Shown piece after piece: positions 56,637-64,000 of a DNA stretch of 64,000 nucleotides. Under the pieces are notes generated by a model. It saw only the letters and a list, made by a program, of their open reading frames with translations, was not told the origin of the DNA and did not search any database. The position numbers were made by a program, and so were the translations under genes. The DNA is from a virus (Duplodnaviria > Caudoviricetes), in the IMG/VR virus record IMGVR_UViG_3300037991_005043, positions 1 through 64,000 of that record. One strand, given 5' to 3'. Positions within the stretch are counted from its first letter, which is position 1. Each line of letters starts with the position of its first letter.

Positions 56637-56961
56637 CTAACTCCTTAATTAGTCTAAGGTAATTAACAGTCATTTGATTAATTATTTCAACTTCCTCTGT
56701 CTTACCTCGCTCTAGGAATCTATGCATCATGTGTATGAATGTTGCTTGAGTAATGGCTGGTGCAAACCTAGCCATAGAATTGTCAAAGTGTATATGCCAG
56801 TATGCTACAAAAGAAGCCCTAGCAAAATAATTACCATATCTAACCTCGTTAGCATTATAGACAAAGGTATTCTTTGCATCTCCTTTCAATTTATTGCTAG
56901 TTTCATTTACCCACTTAGCGAATCTCTTATCGTTGTTTGCTATCAAATATGCTTTTTTCAT
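56617..56961 (-). CDS. Hypothetical protein
   Basis: GGAGA RBS; 114 aa. Confidence 0.7.
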   Translation of the reverse strand: MKKAYLIANNDKRFAKWVNETSNKLKGDAKNTFVYNANEVRYGNYFARASFVAYWHIHFDNSMARFAPAITQATFIHMMHRFLERGKTEEVEIINQMTVNYLRLIKELDDDEEE

Positions 56962-56962
56962 T

Positions 56963-57118
56963 TTAATCTCTCCAATATTTTTCTCTTAGTTCATCACCTT
57001 TAATGTAGCATTCTTTACTACAGAATATCATTTTGTCTGCGAAGTTATGCGGTGATACTCCTAACTTCGTATGACAGGTTATGCAAAAAAGAATGTGTAG
57101 GTTTTTCTTCCTACTCAT
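56963..57118 (-). CDS. 51-aa TRASH/YHS-like Zn-binding microprotein (not in track)
   Basis: CITC...FCSKEC; ATGA coupling. Confidence 0.7.
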   Translation of the reverse strand: MSRKKNLHILFCITCHTKLGVSPHNFADKMIFCSKECYIKGDELREKYWRD

Positions 57119-57324
57119 TCAAATTCTCTCCTAAGAATTTCTAATAACTCCTTTGCTTCTTCCCTGTTTAATCTAATACCCTTTCTTGTGGGTTTTTCAC
57201 TTCGATACCATCTGAAATCAACTACATCTATCTTGTAATAATTACCTTTGGTAATAAGTAACTCTTGTTCTTCATCTCTAACTATCTGACCTATTTTCTC
57301 AAAATCTTTATTCATGTCATCCAC
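57115..57324 (-). CDS. PC4/p15-like ssDNA-binding protein
   Basis: Y....VDFRWY....PTRKGI.L motif. Confidence 0.85.
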   Translation of the reverse strand: MDDMNKDFEKIGQIVRDEEQELLITKGNYYKIDVVDFRWYRSEKPTRKGIRLNREEAKELLEILRREFE

Positions 57325-57707
57325 CCTTGTTTAAATTTATCAAGTTCTTGTCTAGAAGTAAAATATCTAGGGGTATCTAATTCATCTAATCTATTAACTA
57401 CCCAACATACTCCACCTAGACTAGAGATTTGCACTATCTCAAACTGCGCTGAATTAATCTCTATAACCTCTAGTGTGTTAATCTCAGGAACTAATCCATA
57501 TCTCTTAGTTATATCATTAGCGACTTCTCTAATATTCTCTACCACATATTTGATAATGTGCGCCCTTTGAATAGGTATTTTAGGGGCAACTTCAAATTTG
57601 ATTTTACCTTTCATATTACAGACTTTACATTTGTTGCCTTCACAAATAGGGCAATTAACTTCTGCATCATGAGGAGCAGGTAATATTACAGTAATCGCCT
57701 TTTTCAT
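57312..57707 (-). CDS. Hypothetical protein with DnaJ-like Zn motif
   Basis: CPICEG..C.VC..KG. Confidence 0.7.
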   Translation of the reverse strand: MKKAITVILPAPHDAEVNCPICEGNKCKVCNMKGKIKFEVAPKIPIQRAHIIKYVVENIREVANDITKRYGLVPEINTLEVIEINSAQFEIVQISSLGGVCWVVNRLDELDTPRYFTSRQELDKFKQGWMT

Positions 57708-57832
57708 TCTTTATACTCTCCTATCCATATTATCATACATCGGGCGCAATGGTATCTCGGAGGCATATATTTTGCTCTAGGTAAATTTTCTGCTACTCCA
57801 TTACACTTTACGCACCGATGATGAAATTTCAT
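57704..57832 (-). CDS. 42-aa Zn-ribbon microprotein (not in track)
   Basis: CVKC...CARC; ATGA overlaps at both ends. Confidence 0.65.
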   Translation of the reverse strand: MKFHHRCVKCNGVAENLPRAKYMPPRYHCARCMIIWIGEYKE

Positions 57833-57966
57833 TGTTCATCAATCCTAGATTCTTCAAAGGCTTGAATTACTGCATCTAAATCTTCATCATGTTTTTCATC
57901 ATGAATCTTTTCTTTCTTAATTGATTTAAATAGACTCAACATGAAATGGTGTAAATTAAATGCCAT
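57829..57966 (-). CDS. 45-aa microprotein (not in track)
   Basis: GGAGG RBS; ATGA overlap. Confidence 0.6.
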   Translation of the reverse strand: MAFNLHHFMLSLFKSIKKEKIHDEKHDEDLDAVIQAFEESRIDEQ

Positions 57967-57968
57967 AA

Positions 57969-58073
57969 TTATTCCTCCATCTTCGATTCGCATTTGCATT
58001 GTTCAACACGCCTTCCTATTTTGAATAGATTACATTTGTCACATTTAATTGAGTTATTTGTTAAATACTCCAT
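57969..58073 (-). CDS. 34-aa Cys-rich microprotein (not in track)
   Basis: CDKC...CKC; GGAGG RBS. Confidence 0.55.
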   Translation of the reverse strand: MEYLTNNSIKCDKCNLFKIGRRVEQCKCESKMEE

Positions 58074-58075
58074 AT

Positions 58076-58213
58076 TTATTCCTCCTTAGTTTCTCCACAT
58101 TTTTCACAAGTATATTCGTCTATCCATTCTTCAAAATATACCGCATCATCGGCATATCCATCCCATCCATCATACACATGCCCGCCAGTTTTTTTCCATT
58201 TATGATTGCACAT
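58076..58213 (-). CDS. 45-aa Zn-binding microprotein (not in track)
   Basis: C.H.W...CEKCG; GGAGG RBS. Confidence 0.65.
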   Translation of the reverse strand: MCNHKWKKTGGHVYDGWDGYADDAVYFEEWIDEYTCEKCGETKEE

Positions 58214-58215
58214 AT

Positions 58216-59715
58216 TTATTCCTCCAACAGAACTGCTACATCGGTAGTCAAGAAAAGACTAGCGATAGACATAGATGCTACAAAACTATTCTTAGTTACT
58301 AGAACAGGGTCATAGACATTATATTGGTCTAGAGGTTTATATACACAATCTATAGCATCAAACGCTCCTAGTTGAACAGTGAGTTTATTCTCATCGTATT
58401 CTCCGCCACTATTATCTACTAAAGTTTTGATTGGTGCTGATAGTGCTTTAGCAACTATTTTTTCCCCTAAACTATTACCTAACGCATATCTAGATTGTAA
58501 TAAAGAAAAACCTCCACCAGTAACAATACCTTCACTCAATGCACATTTAGTAGCGTTAAGAGCATCATCTAATCTTTCTTTCTTTTCCCTCATTTCTAAT
58601 TGAGAACCTGCGCCAATTCTAATAGTAGCAACACCACCAGTTAGTTTAGCAATTCTAGATTTAATTCTAGCCTTATCATAACCAGTCATATCATCTGCTA
58701 ATTTTCTTAGCGTGGATATTTTATCTGAAACATCACCAGTTCCACCGATGATAGTAGAGTATTCCTTACCGATAATTACTCTATCACATGTTCCAAATTC
58801 ATCTATAGAAACCAACTTAGGGTCATCTTTAGATTCATCAGTATATACAACTCCACCTAAAAGTGAACTAATATCTGATAGTTCATCTAATTGAGCATCA
58901 CCAAAGTTAGGTGCTAAAATAGCACAGACTTGAACGGTTTTCTGTAGTATGTTCATAACTAAATTATCTAAAGCATTACCTTCTATTCCTTTACATAGAA
59001 TTAGAAGTGGTCTGTTTTGTGCCGAACTTATCTCTAACATAGGTAGCAAGTCTTGAAATTTCCTAAAAGAAATATTAGACATGAAAACTAGCGGGTCATT
59101 AAAGGTGCATTTTCCATCTTCGCCATTAGCCATAAGGTGAGAAAGATACCCTTCATCTATTCTAAATCCATCTCTAGTGACTAATTCAGTTTTATGATTC
59201 TTCGATTCTTCGACAGTAATAACTCCATCTCTACCTACTTTGTTAATTGCTTCTTGGATAAGTTCGCCTAAGTATTCATCATTATTTGCCGCTATTGTAG
59301 CGACCCTTAGAATATCATTATCTTGAATCTCAACGGCATTATCATCTAAGTATTCTAATATCTTTCTTTGAGCCAACTCTAACTCTAGCCTCAACTGGTG
59401 TATATTAAAATCATCAAGATTAGATATTTCTTCGCATAACGCTCTAGCAATTACACAAGCAGTAGTAGTTCCATCACCACTAGAATCTTGTGCTTTACTT
59501 GCTAAGTTCTGCACCATTTGAATACCCATTTGAACATAAGGGTCATCACTTCTAACATACTTAGTAATAGTAACACCGTCATTAATTATTACAGGGGGTT
59601 CTCCCTGTAAAATAACTGTTCTTGCTTGTGGTCCTAAAGTTGGACTTACCGTATCTGCTACTAAATTAATTCCTTCCAGTAATTTTTGTTTTACTTCTTT
59701 CCCATGTAATATCAT
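58216..59715 (-). CDS. groEL: Group I chaperonin (GroEL-like)
   Basis: TLGP, INDGVT, GDGTTT, apical LL....G.E..AL..L, ER.DDAL.AT..A, GG; no GGM tail. Confidence 0.95.
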   Translation of the reverse strand: MILHGKEVKQKLLEGINLVADTVSPTLGPQARTVILQGEPPVIINDGVTITKYVRSDDPYVQMGIQMVQNLASKAQDSSGDGTTTACVIARALCEEISNLDDFNIHQLRLELELAQRKILEYLDDNAVEIQDNDILRVATIAANNDEYLGELIQEAINKVGRDGVITVEESKNHKTELVTRDGFRIDEGYLSHLMANGEDGKCTFNDPLVFMSNISFRKFQDLLPMLEISSAQNRPLLILCKGIEGNALDNLVMNILQKTVQVCAILAPNFGDAQLDELSDISSLLGGVVYTDESKDDPKLVSIDEFGTCDRVIIGKEYSTIIGGTGDVSDKISTLRKLADDMTGYDKARIKSRIAKLTGGVATIRIGAGSQLEMREKKERLDDALNATKCALSEGIVTGGGFSLLQSRYALGNSLGEKIVAKALSAPIKTLVDNSGGEYDENKLTVQLGAFDAIDCVYKPLDQYNVYDPVLVTKNSFVASMSIASLFLTTDVAVLLEE

Positions 59716-59828
59716 TTTACTTCTCTCCTTTCTACATTCATTGTTCCATCTTTATTCTTAGTCAATATTGTAAGGCTACCATCTTCATAAACGATAGTCA
59801 TTCTTGTTATTGTCTTATCTTCAAACAT
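59712..59828 (-). CDS. 38-aa microprotein (not in track)
   Basis: ATGA coupling to groEL. Confidence 0.55.
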   Translation of the reverse strand: MFEDKTITRMTIVYEDGSLTILTKNKDGTMNVERREVK

Positions 59829-60017
59829 TTATTCACTCCCTTCTAGTATTCTCAAAGTCTTACTCAACTGCAAAGTAGCGAAATATAATTGTTCTTCATT
59901 AAAAGGGTCGTTGTAAGGAAGCATTTCTTGAGCCGAGAGAGCCGTCTTTGCTACTTCTATCGCCTTAGAAATTTTCTCTTTCAATTTTTTAATTTCTTCG
60001 TCTTTATCAATCATCAC
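59829..60017 (-). CDS. Hypothetical protein
   Basis: 62 aa in operon. Confidence 0.6.
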   Translation of the reverse strand: MMIDKDEEIKKLKEKISKAIEVAKTALSAQEMLPYNDPFNEEQLYFATLQLSKTLRILEGSE

Positions 60018-60118
60018 ATCATCTCCATATCTTCATCCAAAAAACCATGACAGTTAGGGCATTCAATTAGATTCGCATTAACAAAGTTATGGCAATGAGG
60101 ACACAATATTTCCTTCAT
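60014..60118 (-). CDS. 34-aa double-CxxC microprotein (not in track)
   Basis: CPHC...CPNC. Confidence 0.65.
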   Translation of the reverse strand: MKEILCPHCHNFVNANLIECPNCHGFLDEDMEMM

Positions 60119-60288
60119 TCCTCATCCTCCACAACATGAGATTCATAATATCCTCTAATATCATCTATGTTTATTCCTAGATATTCTGCATAGCATCTAT
60201 CACTACAAAAGTATCTTGTTCCAACAGGAGTTGTGACGGTCATCACTTGTTTTCTATCATTACCGCAATTAGTACAACTTCTAAACAT
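60115..60288 (-). CDS. 57-aa TRASH/YHS-like microprotein (not in track)
   Basis: CTNC...FCSDRC; ATGA overlap at its stop and TGATG overlap at its start. Confidence 0.7.
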   Translation of the reverse strand: MFRSCTNCGNDRKQVMTVTTPVGTRYFCSDRCYAEYLGINIDDIRGYYESHVVEDEE

Positions 60289-60503
60289 CAGCCTTCCACC
60301 AACCTAGTTTGAAATCCTTTATACAAATCGTATGCCTGTTTCTTATCAGGAATAGTATCTAATAGATTTTTAATAATCATAATTAAAAATTCTAATTCAC
60401 CGATTAATAATCTATCATCCATTTCTTCTCTAAACAAATCACCGTTTTCTGTAAGGTCTAACATTCCTTTCAATATGTATTCGTATAATTCAATATCATT
60501 CAT
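60288..60503 (-). CDS. Hypothetical protein
   Basis: 71 aa in operon. Confidence 0.65.
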   Translation of the reverse strand: MNDIELYEYILKGMLDLTENGDLFREEMDDRLLIGELEFLIMIIKNLLDTIPDKKQAYDLYKGFQTRLVEG

Positions 60504-60634
60504 TCTTCTTCACCATTAGTTAAATTAATTAAATGAGAACAAAGTGGGCAACATAATTTATTATTATGTTGTGTCATAAATCTCATAGTGTATTTAGCAC
60601 CACAAATTTCACACTTTGTTCCCTTAGCAATCAT
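60500..60634 (-). CDS. 44-aa Zn-finger microprotein (not in track)
   Basis: CEIC...CCPLC; ATGA overlaps at both ends. Confidence 0.65.
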   Translation of the reverse strand: MIAKGTKCEICGAKYTMRFMTQHNNKLCCPLCSHLINLTNGEEE

Positions 60635-60861
60635 TCCTTATCCACCACACATAGTATCATATTGTATGGAACAAAGATATAATCACTATAAGTCTGATAT
60701 TCAGGTCTGCTACTAAACATAATAGTTTTACCTTCTAGTGATTTATCTTTTTCACAAGAGATAACTTTACCACTATGTTGTAATCTAGTAAAAATACCGC
60801 TATCCTTTCTAACCTTTCTTAGTTCTACAACTGCGTGTTCTCCTACTGCCTTCAATTTCAT
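60631..60861 (-). CDS. groES: Co-chaperonin (GroES-like)
   Basis: LKAVG..AVV......SGI......G.VI....G..I.F....IL.V; 0.9 kb from groEL. Confidence 0.75.
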   Translation of the reverse strand: MKLKAVGEHAVVELRKVRKDSGIFTRLQHSGKVISCEKDKSLEGKTIMFSSRPEYQTYSDYIFVPYNMILCVVDKE

Positions 60862-60865
60862 ACTA

Positions 60866-61432
60866 TCATTCCTCTTCTCTTTCTAATTGATTAATATTTA
60901 AACCTGCTATGGATAATGCATTACCCCATAATTGAGTTCTAACTACTTCTAGGTTATTCCAAATCTCTAATTTATCAGGTTCATCTTTACACCAAAATCC
61001 GTAGTGTTCTTCTCCGCCTAAAACATAAGCGCATTCTAAAACAGATTTCCACTTCGCAACAGTATTAATATCAGTTCCGCTAAAATATGCACTACCAAAA
61101 GGATGAGTATGAACCCAACACTTTAGAGGTAATTTCATTCCACCATCTAACTGCTCAAATCTTTTGAAATCTACAAAGCCACCTGTTCCAGTAGAAACAA
61201 ATATATTATTGTTGGAATCAATAGCATATTGCATTTCTAGGTGTGGTAGTATTTCTGTAGAAGCATACCATAATGCCTTCATAATCTCCATGTTATGTTC
61301 CAAATATTCTACATCTTCTATCTTAGTAGCAAGTGAATTTCTAAAAGCATCCTCTAATAGATTAGCCCATGTGTTCTCTACATGGAAAATCGCTTCTTCT
61401 CTCAATAATTGCATTTCTTTTGTTTTACTCAT
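60866..61432 (-). CDS. JAB/MPN metallo-isopeptidase
   Basis: E...HTHP......S..D (WVHTHPFGSAYFSGTD). Confidence 0.88.
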   Translation of the reverse strand: MSKTKEMQLLREEAIFHVENTWANLLEDAFRNSLATKIEDVEYLEHNMEIMKALWYASTEILPHLEMQYAIDSNNNIFVSTGTGGFVDFKRFEQLDGGMKLPLKCWVHTHPFGSAYFSGTDINTVAKWKSVLECAYVLGGEEHYGFWCKDEPDKLEIWNNLEVVRTQLWGNALSIAGLNINQLEREEE

Positions 61433-61718
61433 CTTCTTTCATCTCCTTTATCCTTTCTTCATCTATTTCTTTTTGCGCTCTTTTTAGGGAATGCGCCATC
61501 TTTAACATTAAACCTATCTTTTCAAAAAGATAAGATGATGTTTTTTCATATCCTACGATATGTTGTATTGAATTTACTAATGGAGTAAGTGTTATTCTTG
61601 TAGCAGAAACATAACTATCACAAGTATTACAAACCCTAGAAAATTTAAAGGGTGTAGGGCTACAACCTACTCCATCCATTTCTTTTTCACATATACAGCA
61701 GACATTTTTATCACTCAT
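61425..61718 (-). CDS. Zn-finger hypothetical protein
   Basis: CCIC...G.G..P.P....C..C pattern common in phage hypotheticals. Confidence 0.7.
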   Translation of the reverse strand: MSDKNVCCICEKEMDGVGCSPTPFKFSRVCNTCDSYVSATRITLTPLVNSIQHIVGYEKTSSYLFEKIGLMLKMAHSLKRAQKEIDEERIKEMKEDE

Positions 61719-62284
61719 AGGCTCACCATCTTAAAATCTTCAACTTCATTTTCTCCAAAATATCTTTGAATCCATTGTGCGCCCAAACCTGCTACTACTG
61801 CTTGCATAAATTGGACTCCTTCTTTATCTCCAACCCATGAATCTCCTTGACAACTAAATGTTCTAGTGTCATCTCCAATTAACATTTCTTCTAATTCTAC
61901 ACCTGTAACTTTAGAAGATAATAACATGCAGTTTCTACCTTGTGCTCTCAAATCAAGCCAATCTACGCCTGTTCTGTAAAGCATTTTTCTTAGTTGTAAA
62001 TTATCTACGCAGGCAACAACCAAATCATATCCTAACACTTGTTGTTCTGTTAAGATAGCATAAGGACTAGAAGTAACAACACTATTGTATTTCTCTCCCA
62101 TTGTCTTAGCCTTATTATTACCTACATCAATTACATCATAATTTTGATAGAGTAAATTCTTAGTTTCTATAATATCGGGGTCTGCTACCGTAATATCATA
62201 CAATTCAACTCTATCAATAAGTGGAATTAGATAACTACCAATTCCACCTGCTCCTATTACTAATACTGTTTTTCTTCCTGTCAT
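61715..62284 (-). CDS. ThiF/E1-like adenylating enzyme
   Basis: VIGAGGIGS, DPD.IE.KNL..Q, KA, CVDN...R; C-terminal Cys in FSCQ. Confidence 0.9.
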   Translation of the reverse strand: MTGRKTVLVIGAGGIGSYLIPLIDRVELYDITVADPDIIETKNLLYQNYDVIDVGNNKAKTMGEKYNSVVTSSPYAILTEQQVLGYDLVVACVDNLQLRKMLYRTGVDWLDLRAQGRNCMLLSSKVTGVELEEMLIGDDTRTFSCQGDSWVGDKEGVQFMQAVVAGLGAQWIQRYFGENEVEDFKMVSL

Positions 62285-62352
62285 TCTTTTGCCTCCTTAT
62301 CTATTTCTTCAACCTTAAACTGGCTTACTACATTTATTGCATATTCTCTCAT
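62281..62352 (-). CDS. 23-aa bridging ORF (not in track)
   Basis: ATGA overlaps with both tfb stop and thiF start. Confidence 0.35.
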   Translation of the reverse strand: MREYAINVVSQFKVEEIDKEAKE

Positions 62353-63152
62353 TTTAATTCACCAACTGTTTTATTTATTATATCCGACTTTTGAATTCCT
62401 AGTGTATCGAGAATCTTATTCATCTCGGCTCTAATAGCGTTAGTCGAAAAACCGCTACTCTTTGCTATTTTATTTGCGCTGATGTCAATATTATACATTA
62501 GACACGCAACTCTAATAACGGCAGGAACATAGCACCTACCTCTATTGAAATGTGTGCTACTCAATCTATTAGTAAGCATCACATTTACTTGTTTAATATT
62601 ATTTAGAATATCTCTACTAGAAGTTAAACCATTACAAGTTCTTTCTATTAAATAGTCATCACTAGGAATACATTTTAGAATTTTCATACCATAGTGATTT
62701 TTTATTTTTCTAAGCAATTTGTTTGTCTGTTTCAAGTTAATGAAGAATTCATTACAAATTACCTTAGTAGTTACTGGGGTTCTATTTTCAAACAGAACAT
62801 AAGCCACTACTGCTACAGATTTAACTTCTATACTTTCTTTAGTCATTATTCTTTTTTGAAAGAGTTCGTGATAAACCTCACTAACACGCTCATTCAGCGA
62901 GGGAAATCCGAACTTGCCTAAATATACCCCACACATCCTTAGACCCTTTAGAATCGCTTTATTCGACTCTTTTAGGTCAGTGCTAGTAGTCTTGTTAGAA
63001 TATACCCTATTGTTTGAATCTAAAGTAAAATTCGTTCTAGTTTCAAACGGTTCAACTACTAGCACCAACCCACAATCGGAACAGACTAATTCACCTAATC
63101 TTTCATCAAAATAATTTGAATGACTCAAACACTCAAAACACTTCGTCTGCAT
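62349..63152 (-). CDS. tfb: Transcription factor B (TFIIB)-like protein
   Basis: Zn ribbon C..C......D...GELVC..CGLV followed by two cyclin-like repeats. Confidence 0.85.
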   Translation of the reverse strand: MQTKCFECLSHSNYFDERLGELVCSDCGLVLVVEPFETRTNFTLDSNNRVYSNKTTSTDLKESNKAILKGLRMCGVYLGKFGFPSLNERVSEVYHELFQKRIMTKESIEVKSVAVVAYVLFENRTPVTTKVICNEFFINLKQTNKLLRKIKNHYGMKILKCIPSDDYLIERTCNGLTSSRDILNNIKQVNVMLTNRLSSTHFNRGRCYVPAVIRVACLMYNIDISANKIAKSSGFSTNAIRAEMNKILDTLGIQKSDIINKTVGELK

Positions 63153-63174
63153 GGCACTATCTAGCCATACTTGC

Positions 63175-63192
63175 TATAATATATTTATGGTA
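63175..63192 (-). promoter_or_regulatory. Candidate TATA box for a leaderless tfb transcript
   Basis: Minus strand CATAAATATATTATAG about 25-40 nt upstream of the tfb ATG; no SD present. Confidence 0.4.
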
Positions 63193-63195
63193 ATA

Positions 63196-63999
63196 CTATT
63201 CCTCTTCTCCAATAGTAGAGGCAATTAGGTCATCTATTTTTGAATCTCTTTTACCCTTATTAGCATCATAAGTATTTACAACAGTATGCACCCTTGAAAC
63301 CATATACTCATCATTCATAGTAGCCAATATTCTAGTCGCTATTTGGTCGCCCATTGGTGAATTGTTATTTGTATTATCTATACAGATAGCATCGGAATAT
63401 CTACCATTGCCTCTATAGATTCTAGTTTGAACTGCTTGCCTTCCTGCATCCACCGCACTTCTAATTTTATGATTAGGGGTTAATTTCCAGTCAGCCCCAA
63501 TACCTCTAACCTTAATATGATGAATGTGGCTAAATCTATCATCGGGAGTGTTGTTATTATATTCTACAAATACCTTATCACTATGTTTTTCTATTATGTC
63601 CTGTAGCATCTTAGATGCCCTAGATGACACAATATCAGAAGTTCTATTCTGCATTAAATAGTGAATCATTAGTTTTTGTTCGGCACTACTAGGCATCCTT
63701 TTCATAGTTAAGAAGAATAATTTTCTAGGTGAAATCTCAGAATAACTATTCGTTTTACCATGTCTAAATGCATTGATAAATAATTGAAGTGCTTCAAAAG
63801 ACATACTACCCCAAACACCATCAGATAATTCTATGGCACATTCTCTATCGCCTATTCTTTTTAGATTAAGCAACACTTCCCTTTCAGTAATGTCGTTTTT
63901 ATTACTATCAATATAAAAGAAACTATATGGAGTTCTATTAGTTAAAGCATATTTAATATCTACTGGTATGTCAATAGCACTTCTAATATCCTTTCTCCA
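63196..63999 (-). CDS. 5'-truncated protein with a possible E2-like (UBC) C-terminal domain
   Basis: Frame stays open from the GTG at 63876 to the window edge; ICIDNTNNNSP followed by a helix resembles E2 ICLDIL...WSP (inference only). Confidence 0.6.
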   Translation of the reverse strand, partial: WRKDIRSAIDIPVDIKYALTNRTPYSFFYIDSNKNDITEREVLLNLKRIGDRECAIELSDGVWGSMSFEALQLFINAFRHGKTNSYSEISPRKLFFLTMKRMPSSAEQKLMIHYLMQNRTSDIVSSRASKMLQDIIEKHSDKVFVEYNNNTPDDRFSHIHHIKVRGIGADWKLTPNHKIRSAVDAGRQAVQTRIYRGNGRYSDAICIDNTNNNSPMGDQIATRILATMNDEYMVSRVHTVVNTYDANKGKRDSKIDDLIASTIGEEE

Positions 64000-64000
64000 A

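Larger units (their letters stand above)
1..64000. mobile_element. Genome segment of a tailed archaeal dsDNA virus, magrovirus-like (probable Poseidoniales/MGII host)
   Basis: Portal-protease-MCP-tail order on +; PolB, clamp, RFC, AEP primase and TFB on -; GGAGG/GGTGA RBS motifs; no cellular housekeeping genes or integrase seen. Host assignment is inferred from known magrovirus gene content. Confidence 0.85.

Noticed and set aside
1-64000. tRNA genes, rRNA, CRISPR arrays, integrase/att sites, terminase
   Set aside because: None recognised. Almost no intergenic space is available, and terminase is presumably upstream of the window.

Overview
The window is a gene-dense, AT-rich segment of a tailed (Caudoviricetes, HK97-fold) archaeal virus. 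It most resembles the magroviruses of Marine Group II Euryarchaeota (Poseidoniales). That assignment is inferred from gene content and archaeal-type GGAGG/GAGGTGA ribosome-binding sites, not from a database search. Two convergent arms meet at a hairpin at 38.6 kb. The + arm (1-38.5 kb) is morphogenesis: a cassette of small basic proteins, portal, a head-linked ATP-dependent DNA ligase, prohead protease/scaffold, major capsid, a membrane-protein plus Arf-like GTPase module, neck, tail tube, frameshifted tail chaperone, tape measure, baseplate and fibre. The - arm (38.6-64 kb) is an archaeal-style replisome plus accessory genes: DEDD exonuclease, AAA+ helicase candidate, ERCC4 nuclease, PriS-PriL primase, Cas4-like nuclease, PolB split into two genes, sliding clamp, RadA/Sak4-like ATPase, OB-fold SSB, RFC small and large, a catalytically degenerate second ligase, PC4, GroEL/GroES, JAB, ThiF/E1, TFB, and many unlisted Cys-rich microproteins. 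I saw no terminase (presumably outside the window), tRNA or CRISPR array. Three candidates stand out as possibly undescribed systems. (1) A shared W-x-x-I-L-K peptide starts about ten unrelated proteins and resembles the C-terminal WSDIHK motif of the scaffold, suggesting a capsid-targeting tag. (2) A eukaryote-like Arf GTPase membrane module sits in the late operon. (3) An E1 + JAB + possible E2 ubiquitin-like module lies beside a viral TFB. All family calls come from motif recognition by eye.
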